Assembly: GCA_043228905.1 (NCBI GenBank)
Contig: JBHGNT010000001.1
Span: 9,610,001-9,674,000 of the forward strand
Length of the DNA: 64,000 nt
Source: Azolla caroliniana
Taxonomy: Eukaryota; Plantae; Polypodiophyta
Direction of reading: 5' to 3'
Below the pieces are notes generated by a model. That model searched no databases. It had not been told where the DNA came from and was given only the letters and a program-made list of their open reading frames with translations. How positions within the stretch are numbered: the stretch's first letter is position 1; every line of letters starts with the position of its first letter. Shown here in pieces: positions 59,373-64,000 of the stretch. The position numbers and the translations under genes were made by a program.

Positions 59373-62300
59373 TGTCAGAACCAAGAGAGAAGGTAAAGTG
59401 ATAGAAGAAAGATATAAAGAGATCACAAGAAGAGGAATGAAATTATAAGAGAAGAATGAATGTATTAAAGTAGAATAAGAATCGATACAAGATAGGCGAT
59501 GAGAGCTTAAGACTGGTGTTGATTTGAATTGGTTTTGAGAAGAATTGTATGTCCATATTTATAGGTTCCTATAGATTAACCTAGTGATTTCTATAATGTT
59601 CTAGAATGTTCTAGACCTAGAATATTCTAAGATGTTCTAGGATATTCTAGAATGTTCTAGGATGTTTTAGAACATTTACAATATCAGTCTATTACAAGAA
59701 GTAGCTTTTATTATTTCATATAATCATATGCTATCTTAATGGTTAGGTTCTTGATTATGTATTACAAGGTCTTGGGTTCAAGCCCAAGTGAAGCCACATA
59801 ATGTTCACGGATTCATGACATTATCCCTCCTCTTAAAACGACGAGTGGAAGGAGTTGTTAACAATGCAGGGCCAGGTTTGTTGGGATAGTGACGATGGAA
59901 GTTGTCAATAAGAGCTTGAGCATTACAAACATTATCGACGGGTTCCCATGTGCGATCGCTCAGAGTATAGCCTAGCCAATCAACTAGATAATACAACTTA
60001 TTGCGCACAATCTTTGAATCAAGAATGGAGGCTACCTCATACTCTGGGCCATCAGCAAGTTGGAGAGGAGGCAGTGGTGGCACGACACGATTGGGAATCG
60101 AGCTGGTGTGGTAAGGTTTCAAAAGAGAGCTGTGAAAGACTAGTTGAAGCCGCAAACTTGCAGGAAGATCAAGACGGAATGCTGCATCATTAATCCGCTT
60201 CGTTATGACAAAAGGACCCGAGCGTTTATAATCTAGTTTATCACACGGTCGAGTAGTCTTTATGTGATGGCGTAACAACCATACCCGATCACCAACCTTG
60301 AATGGAGACGGAAGACGATGTCAATCTGCATGGGCCTTATGTTGGGCTTGAGCTTTCTGAAGATGTGAAGACAACTCAGACTGAAGATGTTGTAGGTTGC
60401 ACTACACTAGGGTTTGGTGAGATCACTGGAATGTTCAAGAGACTCTATCGAGGATGGTTGCCAGTATAGGCATAGAAAGGTGTGACCTTGGTAGAAGAGT
60501 GGATGGTGTTATTGTATGAAAACTCTCCAAGATGCAATATATGACTCCAATCATCTTGTTGATAACTGATGAAACATCGAAGATACTGCTCAAGTGTTTG
60601 ATTTGTGCGCTCTGTTTGGTCATCAGGTTCAGGATGATATGTTGAAGAGAGTTTGCAAGAGATTTGGAGCCCATCACATAGGTGCTTCCAAAAGTGAGAG
60701 ATAAATTGCGGTCCACGATCACTAATTATGTCGTTTGGAAGACCATGATGGCGAATTACTTCACGCATAATGATATCTGTTGTTTCTTGACTACTAATGC
60801 TTTTTACACAGGGTAGAAAATGTGCCATCTTGGTAAACCGATCCACTACGGTTAAAATAGCATCAAAACCTTGTGAAAGTGGCAGATCTGTAATGAAATC
60901 CATAGTAATTGACTGCCATGGCTTGCTCGGAGTCAACAATGGTTGTAACAACCCATAATGATGATGCCTAGGCATTTTAGTTCGACAACATGTCTCACAT
61001 GTGCGAACATAATCTTCAACGGATTGTTGTAAATGAGGCCACCAAAATGATCGCTTCACTAGCTCCATGGTCTTGGCAATACCAAAGTGTCCGGCCATAT
61101 GGGCATCATGACAGTGCTCCAACACTCGAAGGCGTGGTGATCCATCAGGGACATAAAGTAGATTCTTGTAGAAAAGTAAGTTATCTTGCCACTTGAACTC
61201 CTTATATCGTCGAGATGTCCCTAGCAATGTGGAGCAAAATGCATGATTTGGACCAAGGTGGGTGAGGACATCCTTAGCAAAATCATCAGAGTTAAGTTGT
61301 TGTTGAATAGTATCAAGAAGACTTGAATCCAATGGCGTGGCACAAACCATGGTTGCTTGTAGCTTTGTTGGACCAAGGAGAACTTGCTTTTGATTGTCAA
61401 AAGTTGGATCTTCAGGGCGAAGTGCCAAATATGAGCGGCGAGATAGAGCATCTGCTTGCCCTTGTTGGTTCCCTGGGCGGAAAATGATCTTGAAATCAAA
61501 ATGAGTTAAAAATTGTGCCCACCGAGCTTGTCGCCTATTTAGCACTCGAGCCATCTGAAAATATGTAAGATTTTTGTGGTCACTATAAATGATGATTTGA
61601 TGAGGCGAACCTTCTAGGAAATGTCGCCATTGCGCAAAAGAGTCAACCATAGCTAGTAACTCTTTGTCATGCACCTCGTAGTTGATCTCCGCAACATTAA
61701 ACTTTCTTGAGTGAAACGCGACTAGATGTAAGTGCCCATCTTCACCTGGTTGTGATAGGATGCTCCCCAATGCAAAGTCGGATGCATCTGCCTCAATGAT
61801 AAATGGCTTTTCTGGATCAACATGAGCTAAGATAGGAGCTAATGTGAATGCCTCTTTCAACTGAGTAAAGGCTTTGTCTACTTCAGGAGTCCAAACAAAT
61901 GCTTGATTTTTCTTGGTGAGTTGAGTAAGTCGCAATACAATCTTCGAATAATTCCATATGAATTTGCGATAGAAGTTGGAAAATCCAAGGAAACACTGGA
62001 CATCGCGAACGGAACTTGGAGTATGCCATTCCAATATTGTTCGAACTTTCGCTAGATCCATGAAGATACCTTTGGATGGATAGGTATAACCCAAGAACTC
62101 AACTTCTTTGCAATCAAAACTGCACTTCTCTAGTTTGGCATAAAGACCATACTCTCTTAAGTGTTGGAGTACCTTCTGGACATGTATATCATGCTCCGCT
62201 TGTGTTCTAGAGTAAATCAATAGATCATCTAAATAGATGATAAGAAAGGTATCTAGAAAATCTCGGAAAATGTCATTTGCCATATGTTGAAACACGGTAG

Positions 62301-63428
62301 GAGCAATTGTGAGCCCAAAAGGCATAACTGTATACTCGAAATGGCCATATCGAGTGCGAAATGCAGTCTTCCACTCGTCTCCCGGTCGAATACGGACAAG
62401 ATTATATGCACCCCTTACATCAATCTTGGTAAAATGCTTTGCCCCACCAATGCGGTCTAAAAGACTGGAAATTAAAGGTAGAGCATACCTATTTCTTATT
62501 GTCACTTTATTTAATCCCCAATAATCCACGACCAAACGAAGTGAGCCATCCTTTTTCTTCACAAAAAAGATAGGAGCACCAACTGGTGACTTTGAATGTC
62601 GAATAAATCCACTTGCAAGATTCTCATCAATGTATGCTCGAAGAACCTCAAGTTCTGTTGGTGACAGATTGTAGATCGGACCCCATGGTGGCTCTTTTCC
62701 TGGCTGTAGATCAATGGGACAATCGTATGGCCGATGCTTTGGAAGTACATTAGCTTTGACTTTGTCAAAGACATCAGCATATTCTTGGTACTTTTTAGGA
62801 ATGTAGACCTCTGACGTCCCTTGAGTGTCACTAGAAGGTGCAGCTAATATGGCAAATAAGAATAAATCTTCTTTTGCTCCTTCTTGGCATAATTGTTCTA
62901 GGGTGATGGTTAAAATTTGATGAAGAGGAACAACATGTTTGGTAGAGGGTGAATTGGTAACACTATGTTTTTCAAGGGGAGGATCCTAGGTTCGACCCTT
63001 GACTACTATGTTTCCTTTTGAAGGGCACCTAATTTCTCGTCGTCTCCAATCAATTATTGGGTTGTGTAGCTCGAACCATGGCAAACCAAGGACTATTGGA
63101 TGCGCAGGGCTAAGGATTATGTTAAAGGAGACCGCACATCCTAAATCACCTAAGAGTATGTGTATCGGCTAAGACTCCTCAAATATCTTTCCAGAAGCTA
63201 TGGGACGTCCATCAATCACTACTACGGAAACTGGGCAAGGAAGTTTATGCAAGGCTATTTGATGTTTTCGGGCAAAATCTCTATCCATGAAACAAGAATT
63301 GGCTCCGGTATCTAAGAGAGCTAGGACATGAAGTTGACAACTTGGTGTCCTAACTTGTACTTGGCTTGAGAAAACTCTACTAACATGCTTGAAAGAGATG
63401 GAACCCACACTAGGCTGTACAGATCTAG
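59373..63428 (-). mobile_element. Ty3/Gypsy chromovirus (Tcn1/Tf-like): protease, RT, RNase H, integrase, chromodomain and 3' LTR (59373-59820)
   Basis: LLDTGA, YLDD, EADASD, H..GH..C..C, SDRGPQF and chromodomain EYEVASILDSK..YLVDWLGY. PPT AAGAGGAGGG and LTR TGTCATG..CTGACA on the minus strand. Confidence 0.96.
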
Positions 63429-63855
63429 TGTCATGATATGGCAAGACTCGAACCCATGACCTTATGCTACATGGGTCGAGCTCTTGACCATTAGCCTATA
63501 CATTGTAATACGTAGTTTATTTTCATTTATGTTTTATTATAGAAAATTGATGTATATTCCAGAGAAACCTGGAACATTCTAGAAACTTCAGGAGTATTCC
63601 GTAGAACACTATAAAAGGAGGCACAAGGCATTATTTCGAACCAAATCGGTTCAACGCCAGTCTTAAGCCTCCTAGCTATTGTACATTTTCTTCATATAAT
63701 ATATATCTCTTCTTATCATCACTCTCTCTCGATCTCGATCTCTCTCTCCCTCCCTCTCACTCACTCTTTCCTTCTCTCGAGATTTCTTCACCTCTCTTAG
63801 TACTAATACTTCTTTTAGTACTAATTCCTTCTCTGTCTTCGTACTGTTCCTGACA
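63429..63855 (+). mobile_element. LTR of a related chromovirus family, in opposite orientation
   Basis: TGTCATGA...GTTCCTGACA ends resemble the 59820-59373 LTR, and both share TTCTAGAA motifs and a TATA. The flanks (TCTAG/GTTTG) do not form a TSD. Confidence 0.8.
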
Positions 63856-64000
63856 GTTTGAACCGATTTTCCTACCTTCTGTCTCTCTCATTTCCTACTA
63901 ATCTCTTATTCCTCTTTTCTTTCATCCCATGGCCACTGTTAGCACTGAAGAATATCAATCTGTTTTCTCAGAATTTCAATGCTTGAAAGAGAAGTTCCAT

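Noticed and set aside
59730-59797. Functional tRNA gene
   Set aside because: The acceptor and anticodon stems do not pair; kept only as a tRNA-like module.

Overview
Eukaryotic, repeat-dense land-plant DNA. A non-seed plant such as a fern is my inference, from a PLS-PPR fragment, a Tcn1-like chromovirus and the intron style. The only clear host gene is a 7-exon ferric reduction oxidase (FRO) on the minus strand, present as two near-identical intact copies 32,751 bp apart (14612-18495, 47363-51246). Two more flank copies lack the gene (36972-39481 keeps only its last 20 codons; 44399-44814 is flank only). The rest is nested transposons: Copia remnants, Gypsy elements (one a 3.3-kb non-autonomous element with apparently identical LTRs and a GCGGG TSD), RTE-like and L1 LINEs, and a Sola2-like DDD DNA transposon (1-10875). 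The best candidate for an undescribed system is this DNA transposon. It carries an apparently intact multi-exon RING-H2 gene tail-to-tail with a decayed transposase, and the long introns of both genes are filled with independently expanded TAGTAC-rich tandem arrays. A diverged second family member with the same terminus and the same accessory gene starts at 23022. This layout recalls the VANC/VANDAL anti-silencing system (inference). Other signals: antisense tRNA-like A/B-box modules in three LTRs, a covarying 3' stem-loop in (TC)n-tailed LINEs, non-canonical cofactor motifs in the FRO, and a GTAC cluster in its promoter. All calls were made by eye; no database searches were run.
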